From NCBI GenBank assembly GCA_038087875.1, contig CM075992.1:3846001-3910000 (forward strand): a stretch of DNA of 64,000 bases. The letters run 5' to 3'. The stretch is from Malacoraja senta. Lineage: Eukaryota. Numbering within the stretch: position 1 is the first letter of the stretch; every line of letters begins with the position of its first letter. This document shows positions 36,235 to 50,230 of the stretch, piece by piece. The notes below the pieces were generated by a model that was not told the DNA's origin, ran no database searches, and worked only from the letters and a program-made list of their open reading frames with translations. The position numbers and the translations under genes are program-made.

Positions 36235-38817
36235 CTATTTATAATTATTTAATAGCCCAAAAGTTTGCAGGCTAATCAAAAGGAAGGCTTCTCAAGCCTA
36301 TTCAGAAGTGAAGTTTGCATAGATGTTATTAACTGAGTTATCGCAAATAACAGAGCAGCCAAGGGCAGAGAACATAAAATAATACAACACAGAAACAGGC
36401 CCTTCGGCCCACAATATCTTTAGTCTTAATCCCCTGTCCCACGGTACGAGTTTCATTCCAAGAGCTCTCCCGAGTTGCCCTGATTCGAACTCGGAGATTT
36501 ACGGTAATGGCCGCTCGTCGGTACTCGGGGCTCTCGTGGACATTTTTCAACGTGTTGAAAAATCTTCACGAGTCTTCCCGTGCTTACCTGCCGCTAGCGA
36601 GTCTTCCCGAGTACCTGCCGTTAGCGCTAAGAGAGACATCCCCGAGCTCCGACGTACCCGCTACGTTCATTCTCCGTGCTTACCACGAGCTTGATTTTTT
36701 TTTAAACTCGGGAGAGCTCTTGGAATGAACTCGTACCGTGGGACAGGGCTATTAATGTTCGAGATACAGTTTGGAAACAGGCTCTTTGGTCCAACGAGTC
36801 CACGCCAACCAACGATCTCCCATACACTAGTTCTATCCTACACACTAGGGACAATATAGACGAGGTAATGAACCTACATACCTGCACGTCTTTGGAGTGT
36901 GGGAGGGAACCGGAGCACCCGGAGAAAACCCAGGCGGTCACAGGGAGGACGTACAAACTCTGCACAGACAGCACCCATGGTCAGGATCGAACCCGGATCT
37001 CTGGTGCTGTGAGGCAGCAACTCTACCGCTGCGCCACTATGCAGCCCCAATTGTAATTGTAGGTGTGCCTGCCTCTGTAGTTTCCTTTTGGCAGTTTGTT
37101 CCATGTATTCACCACACTTCTATGTGAAGAAGTTGCCCTTCAAGTCCCTTTTAAATTGTTTCCCTCTCAAGTTAATCCATGCCCGCTAGCTTCAGACTCT
37201 CTGCCCTCACTTATATCAAACCAAACCACTCATAGGAACCTCACATGATCCATATCCCCTTATTCCCTTATCATGTGTCTATCTACACACTGTGTGGACG
37301 GCTCGATTGTAATCATGAATTGTCTTTCTGCTGGCTGGTTAGCACGCAGCGAAAGCTTTTCACTGTACCTTGGTACACGAGGCAATAAATAAAACAGAAA
37401 TTGTAACTGAACTGGATAGGAAAGGTGTGTGGGTTGTGTGTGTGTGTGTGTGTGGGGGGGGGGGGGTATGGGCCAAGTCCAGGCATGTGGGGCAAGCTCA
37501 GATAGGCTATTTGATCAACATGGCCATGTTGGGCTGCAACTGTTTGTGTGCTGTCTAACTGTGACTCTATTCGGATGCCTACACTATCACATGTCCAGCC
37601 TGTACAGCAACACTTCCCCCATAATTGTGGGTGACTGTTGAAAATATTTGCTGTGTGCAGTTGCTGGGATTAGCAATCAAAGCCAACATGATTACCGGAA
37701 GGTGATGGTGAAGAATTGTTTTAGAAACATAGAAACATAGAAAAATAGGTGCAGGAGTAGGCCATTCGGCCCTTCAAGCCAGCACCGCCATTCAATATGA
37801 TCATGGCTGATCATCTAAAATCAGTACACCATTCCGGCTATTTCCCCATATCCTTGATTCATTTAGCCTAAGAGCTAAATCGAACTCTCTCTTATAAACA
37901 TGAGCAGTATAAATGTGTTTGAAAAGTGTAAACTAAGGGTAGTCCTGAACTACTATCTATCTCATTGGAGACCCTCAACTATCTTTGATCAGTCTTTCCT
38001 GGACTTATCTTGCACTAAACATTATTGACGTTACTCCCTTTATCATGTATCTGTACACTGTGGATGGCTCAATAGTAAGCATGTAACCATGTATTGTCTT
38101 TCCACCGACTATTCAGCATGCAACAGTATGAGTCTCTGAACCTACCCTGTGTTTCCAAGTACAGAACATTAAGGGCGGCACGGTGGTGCAGCGGTAGAGT
38201 TGCTGCCTCCCAATGCCAGAGACCCGGGTTCCATCCTGCCTATGGGTGCTGTCTGTACTGAGTTTGTACGTCCTCCCCGTGACCTGCGTGGGTTTTCTCT
38301 GAGATCTTTGGTTTCCTCCCGCACTACTCTGCCATTCAACCATGGCTGATCTATCTCTCCCTCCTAACCCCATTCTCAATAGACAATAGACAATATACAA
38401 TAGACATAGGTGCAGTAGGCCATTCGGCCCTTCGAGCCAGCGCCGCCATTCAATGTGATCATGGCTAATCATCCCCAATCAGTACCCCATTCCTGCCTTC
38501 TCCCCATATCCCCTGACTCCGCTATTTTTAAGAGCCCTATCTAGCTCTCTCTTGAAAGCATCCAGAGAACCTGCCTCCACCGCCCTCTGAAGGCAGAGAA
38601 TTCCACAGACTCACCACTCTCTGTGAGAAAAAAGTGTTTCCTCGTCTCCGTTCTAAATGGCTTACCCCTTATTCTTAAACTGTGTGGCCCCTGGTTCTGG
38701 ACTCCCCCAACATCGGGAACATGTTTCCTGCCTCTAGCGTGTCCAAGCCCTTAACAATCTTCACAAAATTCCAGTTTACTTACTTTGTATCTCTGTTTTT
38801 TGCTTCTTGCATTGCAG

Positions 38818-38935
38818 TTCCTCTGTCTCAAGAACATCAGGACATTTTTGAATGCTTGCTGTGAAAAGTTCAACATGAGGAAGAACGAACTATTTGAAGC
38901 CTTCGATCTGTTTGATGTCCGAGATTTTTGCTAAG
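38818..38935 (+). CDS. VAV-family coding exon 2 with an apparent 1-nt insertion ([37 protein letters not shown][AK])
   Basis: Long pyrimidine tract plus ttgcag acceptor, AAG|GTATG donor; 118 nt where 117 is required. The T5 run at 38925-38929 gives GAT TTT TGC TAA instead of GAT TTT GCT AAG. Confidence 0.95.
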
Positions 38936-39694
38936 GTATGATCTGTACGTTTCAGGCTGGAATCATGGGCTCCGGGCCTGGTTACAAAATGGCTCCAGAA
39001 ATGTGGCGAGTTTCGTATACTGTCCCAGTGACATGTACCGAGGTACAGTGAAAAGCTTTTGTAATCTGAAAAGCAATGCATTCTACTATTCCAACACTCT
39101 TATTGTATGGGGATATGTATAGTTTCGTTTTAGACATATGATGAAAGAATGGATCAACCTGGCTTGTATTCACTGGAATTTAGAAGGATGAGAGGGTATC
39201 TTATGGAAACATGTAAGTTTCTTAAGGGAACGGACAGGCTAGATGCAGGAAAAAAGTTCCCCACGTTGGGGGAGTCCAGATCCAGGACCACAGTTTAAGA
39301 AATAAGGGGTCGGCCATTTAGACTGAGATGAGGAAAAACTTTTTCACCCAGAGAGTTGTGAATCTGTGGAATTATCTGCCACAGAAGGCAGTGGAGGCCA
39401 ATACACTGGATGTTTTCAAGAAAGAATTAGATATAGCTCTTAGGGCTAACGGGAATCAAGGGATATGGGGGAGAAAGTAGGAACGAGGTACTGATTTTGG
39501 ATGACCAGCCATGATCGTATTGAATGGCGGTGCTGGCTCATAGGGCCGAATATTTTCTATGTTCGATATTTCAAGTTTAGTTTTGTTTATTGTCATGTGT
39601 ACCGAGGTAGAGTGAATGGCGGCATAGACTTGATGGGCTGAATGGCCTAAATCTGCTCCTATCACTTATGAACATGAGTTTCTGGGAGAAATTT

Positions 39695-39946
39695 GGAAGA
39701 TGCAGGATCCTCGATATTGAAGGGTCCGGAGTGCATGAGCCAGCACCAAGACCTCCCGCTCTGGAGGCTCCTCTGGGTAGTACGCTGGGGCTTGGACTTC
39801 CTGATACGTGACGATGATGTCTTGCAGCAAAGTGGAGCTGCAGATATCACATTCTGCCTGCAACCACAACGCTCACAGCACACTGGAGAGAAGGCGCGCA
39901 GAGCAATGCTTGCTCTGACTTCAATATCGAGGATCCTGCATCTTCC
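39695..39946. mobile_element. ~250-bp element bounded by a perfect 28-bp inverted repeat
   Basis: GGAAGATGCAGGATCCTCGATATTGAAG (39695-39722) and CTTCAATATCGAGGATCCTGCATCTTCC (39919-39946). Confidence 0.65.
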
Positions 39947-41126
39947 GACTTCAGGTTGGTCCGAAACCAACATTCGATTTTAGGCGAGGCCGCATTTGGA
40001 GTATTGCGTTCAGTTTTGGTCCCCACTGCCGTAGGAGACCCATACCCCGAGTCACAATAAAACATCTCGTAGAACAGTGGTGAGGTTCTCGAACCCCCTA
40101 CAAACAGCTAACAATAGCCTGTTTTCAATTCAATTCAATCTTTAATTGTCATTGTGCAGTGTACAGTACAGAGACAACGAAATGCAGTTAGCATCTCACC
40201 CAGAAGAGCGAACTTAGGAATAATGAGCAGTAAAATATATATATATGTACAGCAGTATCAGTAGTGCAATTTTCTGGGGGAAGGAGTGTCCGGGGGTGGG
40301 GGGTGACTGGCAATCACCGAGGTGCAGAGTTCAGTAGTGTAACAGCCGCAGGGAAGAAGCTGTTCCTGAACCTGGCCGGTCCGGCAACGGAGGGACCTGT
40401 AGCACCTCCCGGATGGGAGGAGGGTAAACAGTCTGTGGCTGGGGTGAGAGCAGTCCATGACGATGCTGCGCGCCCTTTGCAGACATCACTTGCTTTGGAC
40501 AGACTTAATGGAGGGGAGTGAGGAACCGGTGATGCGTTGGGCGGTTTTCACCACCCTCTGCAGGGCTTTCCGGTCGGGAGACAGAGCAGTTGCCATACCA
40601 TACTGTGATACCGTTGGTAAGGATGGTGCAGCGGTAGAGTTCACCAGAATCTGAGGAGACTTTATCATCATTACTTGTTTGCATATCTTTTATTCATTGT
40701 TCTTTATCTCTTCACATCATCGTCTATATCTCTCGTTTCCCTTATCCCTAACCAGTCTGAAGAAGGGTCTCGACCCGAAATGTCACCCATTCCTTCTCTC
40801 CAGAGATGACGCCTGTCTCGCTGAGTTACTCCAGCATTTTGTGTCTATCTTCGGTTTACTCAAGGCCTTAATGGTACGCACTGGGAAACACTCTGAGAGA
40901 ACCCAAAGTGTTTCAAAGATTCACAGCACCCACTGCATTGAGAATGTTGTTAAGCTGGAAAGGGTGCAGGGATTTCTGAGGGTGTTGCCAGGACTAGAGG
41001 CTCACATTAGAGGCCAAATTACCATCTACCTGGGGTTCTGAATGATTATTGCTGGTGTCACTCACAGATCTGCTGATGATACCGACAGGTCAAACGCAAC
41101 ACTACTTAAAGGTCTCATTAATCCAT

Positions 41127-42181
41127 GGTCCTTTTCACAATGGCAGGCAGTGACTAGTGGGGTACCGCAAGGCTCAGTGCTGGGACCCCAGCTATTTACA
41201 ATTTATATTAATGATCTGGATGAGGGAATTGAAAGCAACATCTCCAAGTTTGCGGATGACACTAAGCTGGGGGGCAGTGTTAGCTGTGAGGAGGATGCTA
41301 GGAGACTGCAAGGTGACTTGGATAGGCTGGGTGAGTGGGCAAATGTTTGGCAGATGCAGTATAATGTGGATAAATGTGAGGTTATCCACTTTGGTGGCAA
41401 AAACAGGAAAGCAGACTATTATCTAAATGGTGGCCGATTAGGAAATGGGGAGATGCAGCGAGACCTGGGTGTCATGGTACACCAGTCATTGAAAGTAGGC
41501 ATGCAGGTGCAGCAGGCAGTGAAGAAAGCGAATGGTATGTTAGCTTTCATAGCAAAAGGATTTGAGTATAGGAGCAGGGAGGTTCTACTGCAGTTGTACA
41601 GGGTCTTGGTGAGACCACACCTGGAGTATTGCGTACAGTTTTGGTCTCCAAATCTGAGGAAGGACATTATAGCCATAGAGGGAGTGCAGAGAAGGTTCAC
41701 CAGACTGATTCCTGGGATGTCAGGACTTTCATATGAAGAAAGACTGGATAGACTTGGCTTATAATCGCTAGAATTTAGGAGATTGAGAGGGGATCTTATA
41801 GAAACGTACAAAATTCTTATGGGGTTGGACAGGCTAGATGCAGGAAGATTGTTCCCGATGTTGGGGAAGTCCAGGACAAGGGGTCACAGCTTAAGGATAA
41901 GGGGGAAATCCTTTAAGACCGAGATGAGGAAAAACTTTTTCACACAGAGAGTGGTGAATCTCTGGAACTCTCTGCCACAGAGGGTAGTTGAGGCCAGTTC
42001 ATTGGCTATATTTAAGAGGGAGTTAGATGTGGCCCTTGTGGCTAAAGGGATCAGGGGATATGGAGAGAAGGCAGGTACGGGATACTGAGTTGGATGATCA
42101 GCCATGATCATATTGAATGGCGGTGCAGGCTCGAAGGGCCGAATGGCCTACTCCTGCACCTATTTTCTATGTATCTATGTA
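41127..42181 (+). mobile_element. CR1-clade (HER1-like) LINE, 5'-truncated, RT domain C-terminal half and 3' tail
   Basis: SGVPQGSVLGP...KFADDTKL...RPHLEYCVQFWSP; one in-frame TAA at 41762-41764; tail (CTATGTAT)n. Confidence 0.95.
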
Positions 42182-45100
42182 TGGTCTTGCAATGGTGAGC
42201 AGACTGCTCACTACTCTTCACAATCACACTTTGCTCCGCACATTGTTCACACTCACACTGATTCTTTGCTGCTCCTGCACTCCAACCCGGATTTGCTACC
42301 ACAGCCTCGTGCGTTTATCACCTCTTCCACAGCCAACAATGGACCATTGTGGGGCTCCACCTTACCTTGGTCATCGGTGCCGGCTCTGATTTGTTCCGAA
42401 TCTTTTAATTCCACTAGTTTCCCTCCCCCACTGACTGTCAGTCTGAATGTGGAGAGGATGTTTCCACTAGTGGACCAAAAGGCATAGCCTCAGAATAAAA
42501 GAGCGTATTTTAGAAAGGAGTTGAGGAGGAATTTCTTTAGCCAGAGGGTGGTGAATCTGTGGAATTCATTGTCACATACGACCGTGGAGGCCGTCAATGG
42601 ATATTTTTAAGGCAGAAATAGATAGATTCTTGATTAGTACGGGTGTCAGGGGTTATGGGGAGAAGGCAGGAGAATGGGGTTTGGAGGGAAAGAAATTCAA
42701 TTGGAGGGAGAGATAGATCAGCCATGATTGAATGGTGGAATAGGCGTGTGTTGGAAAAAAACTGCAGATGCTGGTTTAAATCGAAGATAGACACAAAATG
42801 GTCAGTCTGAAGAAGGGTCTTGACCTGAAACGTCACCCATTCCTTCTCTCCAGAGATGCTGCCTGTCCCACTGAGTTACTCCAGCATTTTTGTGTCTCTT
42901 AGATGGAGTAGACTTGATGGGCTGAATGGCCTAATTTTGCTCCTATCACTTGTGCGTGTAAAAGATGCCCTGGATGGCAACACCATGCGGTATCTCTTCA
43001 TTTTAACAATGTTGTGGTTTTTGCTAATTTTTTTCCACCAAGTTGGTTGACCTCACCATACCTGGCATTATGTTCCATCTGCCCTTCTCACATTTACCTT
43101 GGTTTGCTTGCTGGTGTAGACCAACTATGCTGTGCAGTCCACCTGATACGTGGGAAGAGGTGACAACATTTAAAAGGCGGCAGAGTGGTACAGTGGTTCG
43201 ATCTTGTCCTCGGCTGCTGTCCGAGCGGGGTTTGTACATTCCCCCCGTGATCAAGCAAGATTTCTCCGGGTGTTCAGCTTTCCTCCCACATCCAAAAGAC
43301 GCGCGGGTTTGTAGTTCAATTGGCTTCTGAAAATTGTTGGATAGAACTAGTGTATGGGGATTGTTGGTCAGTGCGGACTCCGTTGGCCGAAGGGCCTGTT
43401 TCCATGCTGTATCTCGAAAGCCTTCAGCCCAGCACCTTTCTTTCCTACTCCCAGAATATTTTCTAGCTCACTGCTGGGGTTGTGGATGGGTTCGACGAGA
43501 ACCTTCGAAGCATTAGTTCCAGCAGAGTTCAGTTTAATTTATTGTGATGTGTACCGAGGTACAGTGAAAAGCCTTTGTTGCGTGCTAATCAATCAGCAGA
43601 AAGACAATACATGATTACAAGTGAACCATTCACAGTGTATAGATACATTGGGCCGCACTGTGGTGCAGCGGTAGAGTTGTTGCCTAAAGGGCCTGTCCCG
43701 CTTGGCCGTCATTTGCGCCTCATTTACGTGTCATATCTAAAATAGGTCGACGCGTCGTGATGCACGATGTCGCGCGCAAATCACGCGTCAGCACAACCGT
43801 CTGGTGCGCGTGCCGTCTGGTGCGCGTGACGTCATTAGAATACCCTGCGGCGCGCGGCAGGACGTTGACGTAAGGACGTTGACACACGGTGACGTAACCA
43901 TGCGTCACCACGCGATACACGTGAGACGTCGGGACGCCAGCGTACGACGCCAATGCGTCAGCGTGTGCACCCAATTAGTCAGCGTGCGTACGCGATACGT
44001 CACGCAGGTGGCGCGCGAGGATTTCGTTCCTGTACTAAATCCTGGAGCACCGCGCGCCACCGCATACGGTTCCACGTCTCACTATGCGCAACACATGCGC
44101 ACCCCACGCGTTACAACGCGTCAACCTAATTTACATATAACCCGTAAATGTGGTGCAAATAACGGCCAAGTGGGACAGGCCCTTAACAGCGCCGGAGACC
44201 CGGGGTTGATCCCGACAAGATTGTTAAGGGCTTGGACACGCTAGAGGCAGGAAACATGTTCCCGATGTTGGGGGAGTCCAGAACCAGGGGCCACACAGTT
44301 TAAGAATAAGGAGTAAGCCATTTAGAACGGAGACGAGGAAACACTTTTTCTCACAGAGAGTGGTGAGTCTGTGGAATTCTCTGCCTCAGAGGGCGGTGGA
44401 GGCCGGTTCTCTGGATGCTTTCAATAGAGAGCTAGATAGGGCTCTTAAAAATAGCGGAGTCAGGGGATATGGGGAGAAGGCAGGAACGGGGTACTGATTG
44501 GGGATGATCAGCCATGATCACATTGAATGGCGGTGCTGGCTCGAAGGGCCAAATGGCCTACTCCTGCACCTATTGTCTATTGTCTATTGACTACAGCTAC
44601 TGTCTGTAGGGAGTTTGCACGTTCTCCCCGTGACCTGCGTGGGTTTTCTCCGAGATCTTCGGTTTCCTCCCACACTCCAAAGACGTACGGGTTTGTACGT
44701 TAATTGGCTTTGGTAAAAAGATAAAATGATCCCTAGTGTAGGTTAGTGTTAATGTGCGGGGATCGCTGGTCGGTGTGGGCTCGGTGGGCCGAAGGGCCTG
44801 TTTCTACGCTGTATTTCAAAACTAAAACTAAACATGAAAAGGGAATAATGTTTAGTGCAAGGTAAAGCCAGTGAGGGCCAATCAAGAGTAGTATCAAGGG
44901 AGAAGTAGACTTCGCTGAGTGAAAACTGAGCAGATTTACTGCCAGGAAATACTCATCCACTGTTTGAAGTGGTGACTGATCGAGATTAAATTTAACTGTT
45001 GCTGAGGTGGTGCAATGCTTTATTTCCCCTTGTACATAGAACAGGAGTCTGGCCTTAAGATATTTTTTTCTGCACAAACTAATGATCTTACAGAGGTGTA

Positions 45101-47418
45101 TAAAATCATGAGAGGAATAGATCGGGTAGACGCACAGAGTCTCTTGCCCAGAGTAGGGGAATCGAGAACCAGAGGGCACAGGTTTAAGGTGAAGGGGAAA
45201 ATAGGAATCTGAGGGGTAACTTTTTCACACAAAGGGTGGTGGGTGTATGAAGCGAGCTGCCAGAGGAGGTAGTTGAGGCCGGGACTATCGCAACGCTTAA
45301 GAAACAATTAGACAGGTACATGGATAGGACAAGTTTAGAGGAATATGGACCTGACATAGGCAGAGGGTCTTGTGTAGATGAGACAAGTTGGTCAGTGTGG
45401 ACAAGTTGGACTGAAGGACTATTTCCCACACTGTATGACTCTATAACTAATTTATGATGTCTTCATCAAGCAGCTGGTAGTGTCGCTGCCTTACCAAAGA
45501 CCCGGGTTTGATTCTGACTACGGGTGCTGTCTGTGTGGAGTTTCCAGGTTTGTGGGTTACCTCCGGGTGCTCCGGTTTCCTTCCACATCTCAAAAATGTG
45601 CGAGTTTGTGGGTTAATTGGAGTGGACTTGATGGGCTGAATGGCCTCATTCTGTTCCTACGTCTTATAAAGATTGTTCCCGATGTTGGGGAAGTCCAGGA
45701 CAAGGGGGTCACAGCTTAAGGATAAGGGGGAAATCCTTTAGGACCAAGATGAGGAAAAACTTTTCACACAGAGAGTGGTGAATCTCTGGAACTCTCTGCC
45801 ACAGAAGGTAGTCGAGGCCAGTTCATTGGCTATATTTAAGAGGGAGTTAGATGTGGCCCTTGTGGCTAAAGGGATCAGGGGGTATGGAGAGAAGGCAGGT
45901 ACAGGATACTGAGTTGGATGATCAGCCATGATCATATTGAATGGCGGTGCAGGCTCGAAGGGCCGAATGGCCTACTCCTGCACCTATTTTCTATGTATCT
46001 ATGTATCTATAAAGAACATGCAAATGGTGATACCACCCGAGGTCAGGATTGAACCCCAGGCCCTGTAATCTCTGCACCGCTGGAATGTAGAGACCATGGC
46101 AGACAATGTCTCATGAGTTATAGTCTTATCTGGTTGCCTCACTGTCTTCCAAAGATTGGATGACGTGGTTGGTAGATTTTTCAGCCCACCACGAATGAAT
46201 GTTCATAAGGTCATAAGTGATAGGAGCAGAATTAGGCCATTCGGTCCATCTAGTCCACTCTGCCATTCAATCATGGCTGATCTATCTCTCCCTCCAACCC
46301 CCATTCTCCTGCCTTCTCCCCATAGCCCCTGACGCCCGTACTAATCAAGAATCTGTCAATTTCTGCCTTAATAGTATTCACTGACTTGGCCTCCACAACC
46401 TTCTGTGGCAAAGAATTCCACAGATTCACCACCCTCTGACTAAAGACATTCCTCCTCATCTCCTTCCTAAAGGAGTGTCCTATAATTCTGAGGCTCTGAC
46501 CTCTGGTCCCAGACTCTTCCACTAGTGGAAATATCCTCTCCACATCCACTCTATTCACTATTCGGTATCTATCTATCTATCTATCTCTACCTTAAAAATA
46601 TCCATTGACGGCCTCCACAGCCTTCTGTGGCAATGAATTCCACAGATTCACCACCCTCTGACTAAAGAATGGCTTCACTATGAAGCCCCTCTGCAACAGG
46701 TATAAAGATGAATCCTTATGAGCTGAGACTGGGGTAAATACAGGCTGGTATGTTTGCTTCAGCAGATCAGTCAGGGTGAAGGCTTTGGCTTTGTGTAAAG
46801 TGCACAAGTTGCGGTTTCTGGCAGGAAATGGCTCCGAGGCGTGCATGAGGCTGCATCGCTCTGCAGCGCTACATCACAGCGCAATAACCTCTGAACCGCC
46901 ACAGGAAGATTGCAAAGGCCAAATAAGTCGATGTCGGCTCTAGCCTAATATGGCCCTTCCTCTATGGCAGGCTCCATTTTCCCAGAAGATCTTTCAAGCC
47001 AAGTCACTTTTATTTCTATAGCACATCTAAAAAACAACTCTCGTTGACCAAAGTGCTTTACATTGGTGGAGGTACTAACGTTATACAACAGTGGTTCATA
47101 GATTAAGTACATACATAAATACATACATATAGCCCTCCCTCAGAGGACGTCAAGAAAGGCTTGAGAGTAAAGATGAGTTTTAAGTCTTGACTTAAAAGAG
47201 TTGATGGAGGGGGCAGTTCTGATGGGAAGAGGGATGCTTCACAAGTCAACACAACTTCACTTGTGAAGACCGGATTATTCTAAAGCAGGGTAGACATCTC
47301 GCTGCCTCATTGTACGCTGCTGAAATGTTCATTAGCTCACATTCTAGGAGCAGAACAAGGCCATTCAGCCCATCAGGTCTACTCCGCCATTCAATCATGG
47401 CTGGTCTAAAATATAATA

Positions 47419-47792
47419 TGTGTATAAAATCATGAGAGGAATAGATCGGGTAGATGCACAAGGACTCTTGCCCAACGTAGGTGAATCGAGGACCAGAGGA
47501 CATAGGTTCATGGTGAAGGGCAAAATATTTGATAGGAATCTGAGGGGTAACTTTTTCACACAAAGGGTGGTGGGTGTATGGAACGAGCTGCCAGAGGAGG
47601 TAGTTGAGGCTGGGACTATCCCAACGTTTAAGAAACAGTTAGACAGGTACATGGATAGGACAGGTTTGGAGGGATATGGACCAAGCGCAGGCAGGTGGGA
47701 CCAGTGTAGCTGGGACATGTTGGCTGGTATGGGCAAGTTGGGCCGAAGGGCCTGTTTCCACACTGTATCACTCTGTGACTATCACTCTATGA
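47419..47792 (+). mobile_element. CR1 LINE 3' fragment, second subfamily
   Basis: YKIMRGIDRVDA...LRGNFFTQRVVGVWNELPEEVV; related copies at 6320-7085 (-), 45083-45445 and 58335-58545. Confidence 0.88.
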
Positions 47793-48419
47793 CCTCAGAA
47801 GAAGGTGGCATTGAGGTAGAGTTGGCGCCTTACAGCGCATACAGCCGCCAGAGACACGGGTTTCGATCCCGACTACGGGCGCTGTCTGTACGGAGTTTGT
47901 ACGTTCCCCCCGTGACCCGCGTGGGTTTTCTCCGAGATTCTCCGGTTTCCACCCACACTCCAAAGGCGTACAGTTTGTGGGCTAATTGGCTTGGTGTAAG
48001 TGTAAATTGTCCTGGTGTGTGTAGGATAGTGTTAGCGTGCGGGATTGCTGGCCGGTACGGACGCAGCGGCTCGGTATTTCCCGCCTATGTATCTCCAAAA
48101 CGAAATAAACTTGACTAGTCGCTGATTCATCCTTTTTATTTGTGCTGAATCAGGACGAACCCAGCTGGAGAAGATCAAGCAGATATCTATTTCTGTTTGG
48201 GGCAGGAATGCTTTGACAGATGAAATTTGTGGTTAACCTTCCCCCCTTCTGACCGCTTGATTTCAGTTAGCAGCCTGTAGTTTTGCTTGCAGCTGCCTTT
48301 ATCCCACTCATCACCACCAGTCACCAGTTCCCTCCACGACATTTTGCTGCTCCGTCACCCCGGGCCATTTCTCATAACTAGTTTCTTATTTTTAAAGCAG
48401 AGGTTTCCCAATACAGCTG

Positions 48420-48942
48420 CAGTGCCCTCCATAATGTTTGGGACATAGACCCATCCATCATTTATATATTTGCCTCTGTACTCCACAATTTGAGATATGT
48501 AATAGAAAAAACACATGTAGTTAAAGTGCACATTGTCAGGTTTTTAATAAAGGTCATTTTTATACATTTTGGTTTCATCGTGTAGAAATTACAGCAGTGT
48601 TTATACATTGGTAGACAAACATGCTGGAGAAACTCAGGGGGTGAGGCAGCATCTATGGAACGAAGGAAATAGGCAACGTTTCGGGCCGAAACCCTTCTTC
48701 AGTCTGTGACAATCTCTCTGAAACATAGAAAATAGGTGCAGAGATAGGCCATTCAGCCCCTCTTCAGTCTGAAGAAGGGTTTCGGCCCGAAACGTTGCCT
48801 ATTTCCTTCGCTCCATAGATGCTGCTGCACCTGCTGAGTTTCTCCAGCATTTTTGTGTACCTTCGATTTTCCAGCATCTGCAGTTCCTTCTTTAACACAA
48901 TAAATGATAGGTGTTTGTCCCCAAACATTATGGAAGGCACTG
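48420..48942. mobile_element. Tc1/mariner-type non-autonomous element with internal Penelope insert
   Basis: TIR CAGTGCCCTCCATAATGTTTGGG / CCCAAACATTATGGAAGGCACTG followed by TA. Confidence 0.78.
48767..48799 (+). ncRNA. Minimal type-I hammerhead ribozyme motif in Penelope-derived repeat (representative copy)
   Basis: GU-CUGAAGA-A-GGGU(UUCG)GCCC-GAAA-CGUU-GC: conserved CUGANGA and GAAA boxes, helix II with UUCG loop, palindromic AACGUU helix III. Similar + copies at ~5233, 17368, 24360, 40757, 42807, 52867, 61437. Confidence 0.7.
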
Positions 48943-49994
48943 TACCTAACCATCCGCAAATATCTTGAACTCCTTGAGGCATTTAGTTGAGTTGAGTTGA
49001 GTTGAGTTTAGTTTAGTTTAGAGAAGCATGGTCCTTTATACATGGTTCAAAGCCACATTGCTTGATATGGGTGCAGTGTTCTCCTGAGGTTTAAGTGGTT
49101 GTGCGTCACTTCATACCACCTCCCGCTCAGGGGCATTAGCGATTATTGTCTGAATCGGAAATCTGCGGCTCTACGGCCCACTTCGAAGCGTGTGAGCCCA
49201 AGACAGAGTATGGTGCCTCAATGCATGACTAAGGCGGGGCTGTGGGAGCATTAGCATGGAACAGTACAGCAGAAGGCAGGCCCTTCGGCCCACAATGCTT
49301 GTGCTGACCGTCACTAATAATGCCAGGAACCATCACTTGTCTACAGTCATTGTCATAATCATACTTTATTAGCCAAGTATGTTTTGCAACATACGAGGAA
49401 TTTGATACAACAGAATAGAAGTGTGAAAACGCACACCTCCAGATTCGGGGGACAGTTTCTTCCCAGCTGTTATCGGGCAACTGAATCATCCTCCCACAAC
49501 AGAGAGCAGTGCTGAACTACTATCTACATCATCGGTGACTATCCTTGATCAGACTTTATTGGATTTACTTGCACTAAACGTCATTCCTTCATCATGTATT
49601 TATACACTGTAAATGGCTCGATTGTAATCATGTGTTGTCTTTCCGCTGTCTGGATAGCACGCAACAAAAGCTTTTCACTGTACCTCGGTACACGTGACAA
49701 TAAACTAAACCGAACTGGACCTGCAGACAAAATGTGTAGGAAGGAACTGCAGATACTGATTAATACACAAAAGGACACAAAGTGCTGGAGTAACCCAGGA
49801 GGTCAGGCAGCATCTCTGGAGCACATGGATAGGTGACATTATGGGTCAGGACTCTTCTTCCGAGGTCCTAGAGTCCTAGAGTGATACAGAGCGGAAACAG
49901 GCCATTCGGCCCAACTTGCCCACACCGGCCCACAGGTGATGAGAGCGTGAGGAGGGGACCTGGCGTGGGGGGGGGTCGCCATGGGGGGGGGGGA

Positions 49995-50230
49995 TAACAA
50001 TGGACAATGGAGAGGAAGAGGGATGAGGGGGTTGAGGGGTGGGGGGAGAACAATGAACAATGGAGAGGAAGAGGGATGAGGGGCGGTGAGGGGTGGGGGG
50101 AACATTGGACAATGATCAATGGAGAGGAAGAGGGATGAGGGGCGGTGAGGGGTGGGGGGAGAACAATGAACAATGGAGAGGAAGAGGGATGAGGGGCGGT
50201 GAGGGGTGGGGGGAACATTGGACAATGGGG
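49995..50230 (+). repeat. Purine/G-rich ~55-60 bp minisatellite, about 4 copies
   Basis: Unit ACAATGGAGAGGAAGAGGGATGAGGGGCGGTGAGGGGTGGGGGG repeated. Confidence 0.85.

Noticed and set aside
38172..38250. tRNA gene-like sequences with A and B boxes (many in the window)
   Set aside because: They are heads of V-SINEs followed by the SINE body; no complete cloverleaf.
41042..42088. Functional or domesticated reverse transcriptase gene
   Set aside because: 5'-truncated CR1 copy with a premature TAA and a normal LINE tail.
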